This document shows, one piece after another, positions 1 to 9,174 of a DNA stretch of 64,000 nucleotides. Position numbers and translations under genes: made by a program. Below the pieces are notes generated by a model, which was given only the letters and a program-made list of their open reading frames with translations, made no database searches and was not told the origin of the DNA. Where the stretch lies: the NCBI GenBank assembly GCA_965242925.1, contig CBDEUM010000038.1:128001-192000 (forward strand), read 5' to 3'. Numbering within the stretch: the stretch's first letter is position 1; each line of letters begins with the position of its first letter. The stretch comes from Roseibacillus sp. GTDB lineage: Bacteria > Verrucomicrobiota > Verrucomicrobiia > Verrucomicrobiales > Akkermansiaceae.

Positions 1-704
1 ATCTGAAAGGTGATGCGCCCCTGCAGCCCCAGTTCCTCTGCCAGTCCCTGTCCGGTGGGTCCGAGCACACCCACCGCATGCGCTTCGTCAAGGAGGAGAA
101 GGGCCCCGTGGCGCTCCGTCAATTCTACGATCTCCACGAGGGGAGCACGGTCACCATCCATGCTGAAGACCGACTCGGTGACGACCAGGAGGCGGGCCTC
201 GGCAGGGAGTTTCGCCCGGTTATCGGCGAGGAGACGCTCGAGTTTCTGGAGGTTGTTGTGGGGGTAGACCCGCAGGCAGGCGCCGGACTGTCGGGCTCCA
301 TCGATCAGGCTGGCGTGACAGAGTTTGTCGAGGATGATGACATCGCCCTTGCCCAGGAGCGCGCCGAGGCTCCCCACCGCGGTGGCGTAGCCGCTGCTGA
401 AGCTGAGGGCTGCCTCTACGCCCTTCCACTCCGCAATGTGTTCCTCCAGGTCGAGATGGGGAGATAACGAGCCGGAGATGAGGCGCGAGGAGCCTGCGCC
501 TGTTCCGTAGCGCGTGGTGGCCTCCCGGGCAGCTTCCATCAATTCCTCGTCGCAGGCGAGTCCGAGGTAGTCGTTGGAGGCAAAGTTGACGACTGGTCGA
601 CCATTGATACGGAGGAGGGGAGGGCGGTCTTCTTCGACCGGCTGCAATTGTCGGAGAAGTCCAGCTTCCCGCAGAGCTGCCAGTTCGTCCTCCGCCTGGC
701 GCAT
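1..704 (-). CDS. bioF: 8-amino-7-oxononanoate synthase (partial, runs off the left edge; absent from the ORF track)
   Basis: Manual translation from ATG 704: MRQAEDELAALREAGLLRQL...VNFASNDYLGLA...GTGAGSSRLISG...FSSGYA...DKLCHASLIDG...TESVFSMDGD...LDEAHAVGVLG. These are typical AONS/class II aminotransferase motifs. Confidence 0.9.
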   Translation of the reverse strand, partial: MRQAEDELAALREAGLLRQLQPVEEDRPPLLRINGRPVVNFASNDYLGLACDEELMEAAREATTRYGTGAGSSRLISGSLSPHLDLEEHIAEWKGVEAALSFSSGYATAVGSLGALLGKGDVIILDKLCHASLIDGARQSGACLRVYPHNNLQKLERLLADNRAKLPAEARLLVVTESVFSMDGDRAPLVEIVELTERHGALLLLDEAHAVGVLGPTGQGLAEELGLQGRITFQ

Positions 705-714
705 GCCGTTTTGT

Positions 715-1635
715 TCAGTTGGTCACTGTAAACGCCATCACCGGGCGCACCAGCTGCGGCGACTCGAGCGCCCAGCGCAGCAGGGCCTCCGAGTCATTCC
801 AGATCGACCTGGACGTGCTGCCCAGCACCACCGCGATCACTGTGCGACCATGCAGGCTGCCGCTTGCGACAAGGCATCTTCCCGAAGCTCTCGTGGTTCC
901 CGTCTTCATGCCGGTGGCATAGGGCAGGCGTTTGAGCAGTCTGTTGGTGTTTGTGAGTTTGCTGACCTTCCCGTCGTTGTGCACGAAGTTGTACTCACGG
1001 ATGGTCATCGGTCTTCGGATGGACGCATGCTGGTAGACGTGGCGCGCAAGTTTTGCGATGTCACGGGCGGTGGAGAACTGACCCTCTCTGGTGAGGCCGT
1101 GGGGGTTCAGGAAGTTACTGTTGGACATTCCGAGTGATCGGGCCCGGAGATTCATCTGCTGTGCAAACCCCGCGACACTTCCGGCCACGTCCCGTGCAAG
1201 CGCAATGGAGGCGTCGTTGGCGCTACGCACGAGGATGGCCTTGAGCAATTGTCCGCGCGTGTAGGTGTGTCCCGTTTTGAGATAGAGTTTGCTCGGTTCC
1301 ACCGTGGTGTCAGTTGACTGGATCACGATGCGGTCGTTCAGGGAGCCCGCTTCCGTCACCACCAGGGCGGTCATGAGTTTTTGAGTGCTGGCCACTGCGC
1401 ACCGCTCGTCCGCATTCTTGGCCATCAGAACCCGTCCGGTAGCGACGTCGAGCACGATCGACCGCTTGGCGACGACCGAGGGCGGCGAGCCCTGGGGCGT
1501 GACCACGGACGGGGGAGGCGACGCCAGGGGCTTCTGCTGGACAGTCGGTTTCCCGGGAGGGGCCACGCAGGCAACCAGGGCCGCGGATAACACCAGACAG
1601 GCCAATGGAGGCCCAGAAGCGATAGACATCAACAT
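715..1635 (-). CDS. D-alanyl-D-alanine carboxypeptidase (peptidase S11, low-MW PBP), probable lipoprotein
   Basis: SxxK (ASTQK), SxN (SAN), NPHGL and KTG motifs; LVAC lipobox-like segment. Start uncertain (1629/1635/1665). Confidence 0.88.
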   Translation of the reverse strand: MLMSIASGPPLACLVLSAALVACVAPPGKPTVQQKPLASPPPSVVTPQGSPPSVVAKRSIVLDVATGRVLMAKNADERCAVASTQKLMTALVVTEAGSLNDRIVIQSTDTTVEPSKLYLKTGHTYTRGQLLKAILVRSANDASIALARDVAGSVAGFAQQMNLRARSLGMSNSNFLNPHGLTREGQFSTARDIAKLARHVYQHASIRRPMTIREYNFVHNDGKVSKLTNTNRLLKRLPYATGMKTGTTRASGRCLVASGSLHGRTVIAVVLGSTSRSIWNDSEALLRWALESPQLVRPVMAFTVTN

Positions 1636-1738
1636 TGATAATCTCACTGGCTGAAGTATTCTCAAGAGCCAAATTCCCTTCTTTTGCAGGTAATCCTTTA
1701 AAGAAATACTTGCGTTTCACCTTCCTAGATCATAATAC

Positions 1739-1752
1739 TGTTCATGCAAACA
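1739..1752. promoter_or_regulatory. Putative LexA operator (SOS box) upstream of lexA
   Basis: TGTTC-ATGC-AAACA, one mismatch to the Verrucomicrobia-type palindrome TGTTC-N4-GAACA. It lies just downstream of a -10-like CATAAT (1731-1736); a second TGTTC half-site is at 1758-1762. Confidence 0.65.
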
Positions 1753-1764
1753 GGAACTGTTCAA

Positions 1765-2379
1765 ATGACTCATAAACTCACTGACAGGCAACAGGAGCTC
1801 CTCGATTTTCTCCGGCAATCTCACCGCGAAATGGGAGTCATGCCCTCCACTCGGGAGATTCAGGCCCATTTTGGATTCGCCAGTCAGACCGCGGCCATGA
1901 GCCATCTGCGCGCCCTCGAGCGGAAGGGAGTGATCAATCGTCTGCCGGGGAAGGCCCGTGCGGTGGTCCTGCCGGAGGATCTTGAGCGGGAAGAAATCAT
2001 GGATATTCCTGTTTATGGGGAAATTGCCGCGGGCATGGCACAGGATGTCGAACCCGAAAGGGACGGCTGTGTCTCCATCGATGTGACAAGCATCGGGCTT
2101 TCGAATTCAACCAAGGCCTTCGCCTTGAAGGTCCGCGGGGATTCGATGATCGATGCCCATATCTGTGATGGTGACACCGTGGTCCTGGAGATGCGTGAAC
2201 CGCGCAATGGCGATGTGGTGGCAGCCCTCATCGACGGTGAAACCACCCTCAAGCGCTACGTAGTCAATCGCGGCAGACCCTACCTGCAGGCCGAGAACGA
2301 GATGTATCCGGATCTCATTCCCCTCAGCGAACTGGTCATCCAGGGGGTGATGGTGGCCCTGCTGCGGAAAGCGGCCTGA
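1765..2379 (+). CDS. lexA: SOS repressor LexA
   Basis: N-terminal winged HTH (LTDRQQELL...PSTREI...HLRALERKG), Ala-Gly cleavage site (IAAG), catalytic Ser (GDSM) and Lys (TLKR). Confidence 0.96.
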   Translation: MTHKLTDRQQELLDFLRQSHREMGVMPSTREIQAHFGFASQTAAMSHLRALERKGVINRLPGKARAVVLPEDLEREEIMDIPVYGEIAAGMAQDVEPERDGCVSIDVTSIGLSNSTKAFALKVRGDSMIDAHICDGDTVVLEMREPRNGDVVAALIDGETTLKRYVVNRGRPYLQAENEMYPDLIPLSELVIQGVMVALLRKAA

Positions 2380-2532
2380 AGCGGCTGGATTTCCCGGGAT
2401 ATCATCCCGGAGTAAGCAGATCTGCCCTGAGGGTGATACCGGGGGATCAGAAAGAGGGTTGTGTGAGGACGTGTAACTTGCAAGCTCCCATCGCCTGCCC
2501 TCAACAGGTGAAACCTTGGGAAATCCCTGACA

Positions 2533-4113
2533 ATGAAAAAGTATCAAGCCCGTTCTTTGTTCAGCATGGCGACGCCCCTCGCATCCCTCCTGACGTTCGC
2601 TTTGTTTGTGTCCAATGCTTCTGCCTTGCCCGGATCCCCCAATGTCATCCTCATCCTCGGTGATGACATGGGCATTGACTCGGTATCCGCATTCAACGCC
2701 AGGATGGGTTTGAAGACACCCTCCATCGATCAATTGGCCAGCGAGGGAATATCCTTCATGGATGCCCATTCCACCTCCGGTGTCTGCTCGCCGACACGCT
2801 ACAGTGTGCTCACCGGACGCTACAACTGGCGCAGTCGCCTCAAGCGCGGCATCGTCGGGCAGTGGGAACGACCGCTGATTGCCGATGCCCGCCAGACCCT
2901 GCCGGAAATGTTCCGCGCAAAGGGCTATGCGACCTGCATGATCGGCAAATGGCACCTCGGGTGGAATTGGCCCAAGAAGGGAGGTGGATTCACCGAGAAA
3001 TTGGCCGAAATCGACTTCACCAAGGCCATCAAGGGCGGGCCGAACAGTCATGGCTTTGATTACTACTTTGGCGATGATGTGCCCAACTGGCCTCCTTATG
3101 CCTGGCGTGAAAATGAACACCTGATTGGCAAGCTCACTTCCCGGATGAAACGGGGCACAATGGTTGGCGTATCCGCCGGGCCCGCTGTCGCCGACTGGGA
3201 CTTCTCCAAGGTCCTGCTGGAGTATGGCCGCCGCTGTGCCGAATACGTTCGCGAACGCAAGGGAAAGCAACAGCCCTTCTTCCTCTACTTCCCCATGCCC
3301 TCTCCGCATACACCCATTGCGCCGGGCGGAAAATTCAAGGGAATCAGCAAGATTACCCCATACGCGGATTTCATCGTGGAAACCGACTGGGCAGTCGGTG
3401 AAATCCTTAAGGCTCTGGAGGACACGGGGCAGGCTGAAAACACCATGGTTTTATTTACCTGTGACAACGGCACCTCACCCAGGGCGGAGTTTGCCCAACT
3501 GGAGGCCCGCAATGTGCGACTTAATGAAAACTGGCGCGGCTGGAAAGCCGACGCTTATGAAGGTGGTCATCGCGTGCCGTTCATCGTGCGCTTGCCCGGG
3601 CGCATCAGGAAAGGCACGCGCAGTGAACAGACAATCTCCCTTGCTGATATCATGGCGACCTGCGCCGATGTCATTGACGCCAAGCTCCCCCCCAACGCGG
3701 CCGAGGACAGCGTGAGTCTGATGCCCGTCCTTACCGGAAAAAAAGTGGACGGATCCCTGCATGACCTGGTCATCCATCATTCCGTCAGTGGCCATTTTGC
3801 CGTTCGCATGGGCAAGTGGAAACTGCTCCTCTGTCGCGGATCCGGCGGCTGGAGTCCCCCGCGCGAAAACGAGGCTGCCAGGAAAAATCTGCCGATGCTG
3901 CAACTCTACAATCTTGAAAACGATCCCCGGGAAACTGAAAACCTGTGTGATGAATACCCCGACAGGGTGGAAAAACTCGTTAATGCCCTGGCAAAAGCCA
4001 TTGATGAAGGGCGCACCACCCCCGGGCCGCGGCAGGCCAACCAAGGCTGGCCCAATACCATCCCCCAGCCGCTGCTGAAGAAATTTCCGCAACTCGCCGC
4101 CCGGGAAAAGTGA
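2533..4113 (+). CDS. Arylsulfatase-family sulfatase, secreted
   Basis: Signal peptide; PNVILILGDDMG; CSPTR formylglycine motif; GKWHLG; YEGGHRVP. Confidence 0.92.
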   Translation: MKKYQARSLFSMATPLASLLTFALFVSNASALPGSPNVILILGDDMGIDSVSAFNARMGLKTPSIDQLASEGISFMDAHSTSGVCSPTRYSVLTGRYNWRSRLKRGIVGQWERPLIADARQTLPEMFRAKGYATCMIGKWHLGWNWPKKGGGFTEKLAEIDFTKAIKGGPNSHGFDYYFGDDVPNWPPYAWRENEHLIGKLTSRMKRGTMVGVSAGPAVADWDFSKVLLEYGRRCAEYVRERKGKQQPFFLYFPMPSPHTPIAPGGKFKGISKITPYADFIVETDWAVGEILKALEDTGQAENTMVLFTCDNGTSPRAEFAQLEARNVRLNENWRGWKADAYEGGHRVPFIVRLPGRIRKGTRSEQTISLADIMATCADVIDAKLPPNAAEDSVSLMPVLTGKKVDGSLHDLVIHHSVSGHFAVRMGKWKLLLCRGSGGWSPPRENEAARKNLPMLQLYNLENDPRETENLCDEYPDRVEKLVNALAKAIDEGRTTPGPRQANQGWPNTIPQPLLKKFPQLAAREK

Positions 4114-4135
4114 TGCAAACCGGGGAGATCAGGAA

Positions 4136-6085
4136 TTGAAGATACCCAGAACATTCCTGTGGTGTGCCGCCTTGGCTTGCGCCATGGCGGAGTCGGTCAA
4201 CGGGGAGCTTGTCGTCGCCGAGAGTTTGGCCGTTACACCGTTTGCGACCGAGGATCAATTGTCCAATCCCGCCAGTATTGATGTTGATGATCGCGGACGG
4301 GTCTGGGTGGGTGAAGCGGTCAACTACCGCAAGAAGGACCGCAAGGAAGGTGACCGGATATTGATCCTGGAGGATAGCAACGGTGATGGTCGGGCGGACA
4401 AGACCAAGGTGTTTTACCAGGACCCCGACATCGACGGCGTCCATGGGGTCTGTGTGCTGGGCAACAAGGTGATTGTCTCGGCCCCGGACAGAATTCTTTT
4501 GCTCACTGACGCGGATGGTGATGACAGGGCGGAGGCAAAAAAATTATTATTCAGGGGCAAGGTCTTGAATCCGGTCCAGGGTCAGCACGACCATGCGATC
4601 CATGCCGTCATGTTCGGGCCGGACGGGCGGCTTTACTTTAACTTCGGCAACTTCAACGCCGGCCTGTGGCGGGCGGACGGCACCCTGGTGAAGGACGTTT
4701 TCGGCAATCCCGTGGATAACAGCCGCAAGCCTTATCAGGAAGGCATGGTCATTCGCTGCGAGATGGATGGCAGCCAGGTAGAGGTGCTCGGCTACAACTT
4801 TCGCAACAACTGGGAGGTGACGGTCGATTCCTTCGGCTCCATGTGGCAGTCCGACAACGACAATGGATCCAGTTCCTGCCGCGTGAACTTCGTCATGGAA
4901 TATGGCAATTACGGATACCGGGAGGAAATGACAGGCCGGGGATACCAGAGCAAGCGCACCAACATGGAAGCCACCATGCAGCGCCGCATGTGGCACCAGA
5001 ACGATCCCGGGGTGGTGCCAAACCTGCTCATCACTGGCTCGGGCGCACCCACCGGTATCCTCGTTTATGAGGGCGACCTGCTGCCTGAACCCTTTCGCGG
5101 GCAAATGATTCACGCTGAGCCCGGGCGCAACGTGGTGTGGGCATTTCCCACCAAGCAGGTCGGGGCCGGCTACAAGGCGCGCATCACCAACCTGGTTCAC
5201 AGCCAAGGAGATCGCAACTATCGGCCCTCGGACGTCTCGGTGGCGCCGGATGGTTCGCTCATCATTGCCGACTGGTTCGATCCGGTGGATTGCTGCCACC
5301 GCACCGTCAACGATGCGGGCCGGATCTTCCGGGTGGCACCTCCGGGCCATGCCCATGTGGTGCCTGACTTTGATTTCAAGACGCCTGCAGGTGCCACCAA
5401 GGCACTGCGGAACTCCAACCTGTCCGTCCGCTACAAGGCATGGACCGCCTTGCACGCCATGCAGGAAAAGGCCCGTCCCGCCCTGGGGAAGATGGCGACC
5501 AATGAAAACCCGCGTTTCCGGGCCCGCGCCTTGTGGGTTTTGGCCGCGATCAAGGACGGTGCCCAGAAGGCCATTGAGATGACATTGCAGGACGAGGACG
5601 CCAACCTGCGGGCCCTCGCTCTCCGCATCGCCCGGCGACATGGTCTGCCTATCGAACCTTTGGTGAGTCGCATGGTTCGCGACGAGTCCGCCCTGGTACG
5701 ACGGGAATGCGCCGTGTCCCTGCATCGCGTAGCCACCCCGGGTGCCGCCCGGTTGTGGGCCGAGCTCGCCCTCCAGCACGATGGCAGGGACCGATGGTAC
5801 CTGGAGGCTCTCGGCATCGGAGAAAAAGGGAATGAAACGGCCTGCCTCAACGCATGGCTCAAGAAAATTGGCGAGGCCTGGAAGGCCCCACCGGGCCGCG
5901 ACATTGTGTGGAGATCGCGGGCCCCGGAAGCGGCCGGTTTGCTGGCCCAGTTGGTTCTGGATCCCAAGGTGCCGGAGTCCGAGCATCCCCGTCTCATGCG
6001 GGCTTTTGACTTTCATTCCGGCAAAGCCAAAGAAGATGCCCTCGCCACCCTGTTGCTGAACTTGGACGCGCCAGCCAAACCTTGA
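4136..6085 (+). CDS. PVC-type putative membrane-bound dehydrogenase-domain protein (beta-propeller + HEAT-like repeats), no heme-binding C-terminus
   Basis: DRILILEDSNGDGRAD, FGPDGRLYFN, NFRNNWE, RPSDVSVAPDGS, then HEAT-like helices; no CxxCH. TTG start. Confidence 0.75.
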   Translation: MKIPRTFLWCAALACAMAESVNGELVVAESLAVTPFATEDQLSNPASIDVDDRGRVWVGEAVNYRKKDRKEGDRILILEDSNGDGRADKTKVFYQDPDIDGVHGVCVLGNKVIVSAPDRILLLTDADGDDRAEAKKLLFRGKVLNPVQGQHDHAIHAVMFGPDGRLYFNFGNFNAGLWRADGTLVKDVFGNPVDNSRKPYQEGMVIRCEMDGSQVEVLGYNFRNNWEVTVDSFGSMWQSDNDNGSSSCRVNFVMEYGNYGYREEMTGRGYQSKRTNMEATMQRRMWHQNDPGVVPNLLITGSGAPTGILVYEGDLLPEPFRGQMIHAEPGRNVVWAFPTKQVGAGYKARITNLVHSQGDRNYRPSDVSVAPDGSLIIADWFDPVDCCHRTVNDAGRIFRVAPPGHAHVVPDFDFKTPAGATKALRNSNLSVRYKAWTALHAMQEKARPALGKMATNENPRFRARALWVLAAIKDGAQKAIEMTLQDEDANLRALALRIARRHGLPIEPLVSRMVRDESALVRRECAVSLHRVATPGAARLWAELALQHDGRDRWYLEALGIGEKGNETACLNAWLKKIGEAWKAPPGRDIVWRSRAPEAAGLLAQLVLDPKVPESEHPRLMRAFDFHSGKAKEDALATLLLNLDAPAKP

Positions 6086-6230
6086 AAGGAGCCCGGGTTT
6101 GGACTCCTTCGGAATTTCCCAGGTTGCTTCATGGTGTCCGTGACGGACACGGGCCATGAGGATTTCCGTGCGCTCCACTCGGAGCTGGACCGAAAGTGGT
6201 GTGAAATGAAATAGTCAGCCAGTCAGGCTC

Positions 6231-7907
6231 ATGAATAATTTTTCCCGACAGTTTCTTGTCTTCTTGGTTCTTTTTTCCTGTCCACTCAAGGCAGCGCCTG
6301 GAGGCGCGGTGGCCACGGTCGATCCGATCGCGACTGATGCGGCTGTTAAGGCCCTGAAAAACGGAGGCAATGCCTTTGATGCAGCGGTAGCCGCCGGTCT
6401 GACATTGGGTGTTGTCAATGGATACAATTCAGGGATTGGCGGTGGTTGCTTCGTGGTGGCGCGATCAGCTAATGGGAAGGTGATGACACTCAATGGTCGG
6501 GAACGGGCTCCGGCCAAGGCTCACCGGGACATGTATCTGCGCAATGGCAAGGCGGATACAAATCTAAGCCAAACCGGAGCTTTGGCCATCGGGGTTCCCG
6601 GGGCACTGAAGGCCTACTCTGAACTGAGTGAGAAACATGGCAAACTCCCCTTCAGTGAACATCTGAGGAATGCAGCTGCAATTGCCGAAAGGGGGTTTCC
6701 GATCCCCAGTGCCTACGCTGGGCGAATCCGGGCAAAGGTGAGCGATATAAAGAGGTTTCCCGCTGCTTCCAAAATACTAATGGATCAAACCGGGAGTCCC
6801 ATGGGGGTAGGACAAACTCTAAAGCAGCCGGATCTGGCCAATACCTATCGACAGGTGGCCAGACACGGGACTGATTGGTTTTACAAGGGGCCTTTTGCAG
6901 AGAAGACAGCCGCCTGGATGAAGAGTAATGGTGGCATTATAACCGCTGCCGATTTTGCCAGGTATCATACGACCGATTTGGATCCGGTGCGCACGGCTTA
7001 TCGGGGTTATACAATTCTGGGAATGCCCCCACCCAGTTCAGGCGGGATTCATGTGGCCCAGATCCTTAATATGCTGGAGGGATATGATCTGCAGAAAATC
7101 GGTCCCAATTCGGTAGACTTTTATCATATCATTGCCGAATCCATGAAACTGGCTTTTGCGGACCGGGCCCATTGGTTGGGCGATCCCGCCTTTGTCAGAG
7201 TGCCCAAGGGACTGGTGGATAAGGGATACGCCAGGGAGTTGGCTGGGAGGATTGATCTCAGGAAGGCTTCGGTCGTGAAAACCCATGGAACCCCGCTCCG
7301 AGCCAATGAGGATGTGTTCAACAAACACACCACCCACTTTTCCTGTGCCGACAGTGAAGGCAACTGGGTGGCAATTACCGCCACCATTAATACTTCCTTC
7401 GGGTCCAAGGTTGTTATTCCCGGCACCGGGGTGATCATGAATAATGAAATGGATGATTTTGCCGCGGCTCCCGGGGTGCCCAATGCCTTCGGGTTATTGG
7501 GGGCCGAGGCTAACTCGGTAGCCCCGGGTAAACGTCCTTTGTCGAGCATGAGCCCGACAATCGTAATGAAGAACAATAAACCCATTCTGGCAGTGGGTGC
7601 AGCGGGTGGGCCGACAATTATTACCCAGACTCTCCTGACCCTCATTCACACCCTGGACTATGGTTTGCCTGTCAAGGAGGCACTGGGGCAACCGCACTTC
7701 CACCATCAATGGAAGCCCGATTCAATTCGGATTGAAAGAAAAGCGGGCGAAGCTGTCTTGAAAGGCCTGAGGGAGCGGGGCCACCAGCTAAAGGTGTACA
7801 GCAGCATGGGAGCGACTCAGGCAGTGGGCTTTTTTGACGGTCAATTTCAGGCGGCTCATGATCCCCGGCTTAAAGGTAAGGCTGTCGTTCTCAGGCCCTC
7901 CAAATAG
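6231..7907 (+). CDS. ggt: Gamma-glutamyltransferase
   Basis: GGNAFDAAVA, SGIGGG, HTTHFS (catalytic Thr), NNEMDDF, KRPLSSMSPT, GAAGGPTI. Confidence 0.95.
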   Translation: MNNFSRQFLVFLVLFSCPLKAAPGGAVATVDPIATDAAVKALKNGGNAFDAAVAAGLTLGVVNGYNSGIGGGCFVVARSANGKVMTLNGRERAPAKAHRDMYLRNGKADTNLSQTGALAIGVPGALKAYSELSEKHGKLPFSEHLRNAAAIAERGFPIPSAYAGRIRAKVSDIKRFPAASKILMDQTGSPMGVGQTLKQPDLANTYRQVARHGTDWFYKGPFAEKTAAWMKSNGGIITAADFARYHTTDLDPVRTAYRGYTILGMPPPSSGGIHVAQILNMLEGYDLQKIGPNSVDFYHIIAESMKLAFADRAHWLGDPAFVRVPKGLVDKGYARELAGRIDLRKASVVKTHGTPLRANEDVFNKHTTHFSCADSEGNWVAITATINTSFGSKVVIPGTGVIMNNEMDDFAAAPGVPNAFGLLGAEANSVAPGKRPLSSMSPTIVMKNNKPILAVGAAGGPTIITQTLLTLIHTLDYGLPVKEALGQPHFHHQWKPDSIRIERKAGEAVLKGLRERGHQLKVYSSMGATQAVGFFDGQFQAAHDPRLKGKAVVLRPSK

Positions 7908-7926
7908 GGTTGGTTTCACTGATTTT

Positions 7927-9117
7927 ATGAGGCGAAACACTACCCTGATCACAAGTTTCTGCGCGGGCGCCCTGCTTTTCACTGCTTTCCATGTGAGTGC
8001 GGCAGAGCACGGGTTGGATGAGAAGGTGCTATCTCAGATCCCCGAAAACCTTCAGGCCATCGTCGACCGCGCCCAGAGCACCGGCATGGTCACTTTGGTG
8101 GCCCGCAATGGGAAGATCGCGTCCATCGATGCGGTGGGCTGGCGGATCATGGACAAGGAGCCGCTGGAGACCACGGACGTTTTTTGGGCCGCCTCGATCA
8201 CCAAACCCTTCGTTGCGGTCGCCATCATGATGATGGTCGATGAAGGACATCTGCAGCTCGACGACCTGGTGGAGAAACACATTCCGGAATTCAAGGGGCA
8301 GAAAGTGAAGACTGGAAAGAGGAGTTCGGAAACGGCTGAACATCCATTGACCGTTCGTAATTTGCTCAATCACCTGGATGGTCTCCCGAAGAACTCGACC
8401 AGAAATCGGGCCACGAAATCCATCAAGGAGCGTGTGCTCAAATCCGCAAAGGATACGCTGATGTGGGAACCCGGAACGAAATGGATGTACGGGGGCGAGG
8501 GCCTTTACGTCGCAGCCTATCTCGTGGAAAAGTATTCCGACATGCCATACGCCGAGTTTCTGAAGACCCGAATGCTCGATCCTCTCGGCATGAAGAACAC
8601 CTACTTCAGCATCAAGAACGTGCCCGAGAACCGGGCGGCCCGGAAACATAGCAAGACAAAGAAAGGCAAATGGGAAGCGGAGAAAATGCGCGACTTCAAT
8701 TGGAGCACCGGCGGCAGCTATTTCGCGGTGGATGGCGGATTCTTCTCCACCGCCGAGGACCTGTTTCCCTGGTGCCAGATGCTTCTCAACGGCGGTGAAT
8801 ACGGCGGTGTCCGCTACCTCTCGGAGAAATCCGTTCGCGAGCTGACGCGCAAGCAAACCGGCGACGTGAAGCCTGCCGGGCACGGTCCCGGAAACTTTCA
8901 TGCCCTTGCCTTTCAGGAGGCCGTGGAACCGCAGGGCGTTACGGCGGCCCTGACCAAGGGGAGCTTCGGGAAAGGCGGATCCGGTGGATCGATGACCTGG
9001 GTCGATCCCAGCACCAAGACCATCTATATCATGCTGCAGAACGCAGGGGGTGGGGATAGAAATCTCACCCACTCCACCTTTCTTGATACGGCCGCCAAGG
9101 CGATACCTTCGAAATGA
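7927..9117 (+). CDS. Serine hydrolase, beta-lactamase class C/esterase family, secreted
   Basis: Signal peptide; SxxK (ASITK); LLNH; WEPGTKWMYG; PLGM. Start placed at MRRNTT. Confidence 0.85.
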   Translation: MRRNTTLITSFCAGALLFTAFHVSAAEHGLDEKVLSQIPENLQAIVDRAQSTGMVTLVARNGKIASIDAVGWRIMDKEPLETTDVFWAASITKPFVAVAIMMMVDEGHLQLDDLVEKHIPEFKGQKVKTGKRSSETAEHPLTVRNLLNHLDGLPKNSTRNRATKSIKERVLKSAKDTLMWEPGTKWMYGGEGLYVAAYLVEKYSDMPYAEFLKTRMLDPLGMKNTYFSIKNVPENRAARKHSKTKKGKWEAEKMRDFNWSTGGSYFAVDGGFFSTAEDLFPWCQMLLNGGEYGGVRYLSEKSVRELTRKQTGDVKPAGHGPGNFHALAFQEAVEPQGVTAALTKGSFGKGGSGGSMTWVDPSTKTIYIMLQNAGGGDRNLTHSTFLDTAAKAIPSK

Positions 9118-9174
9118 AGTTTTTCCCCCCAAGGCCCAAAGGGAGAAGTTCCCAGAGGAAAGGATAAACCCACG

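Noticed and set aside
7927..9117. Antibiotic-resistance beta-lactamase (also 61048-62265)
   Set aside because: SxxK family membership alone does not imply resistance; such paralogs are commonly esterases or peptidases.
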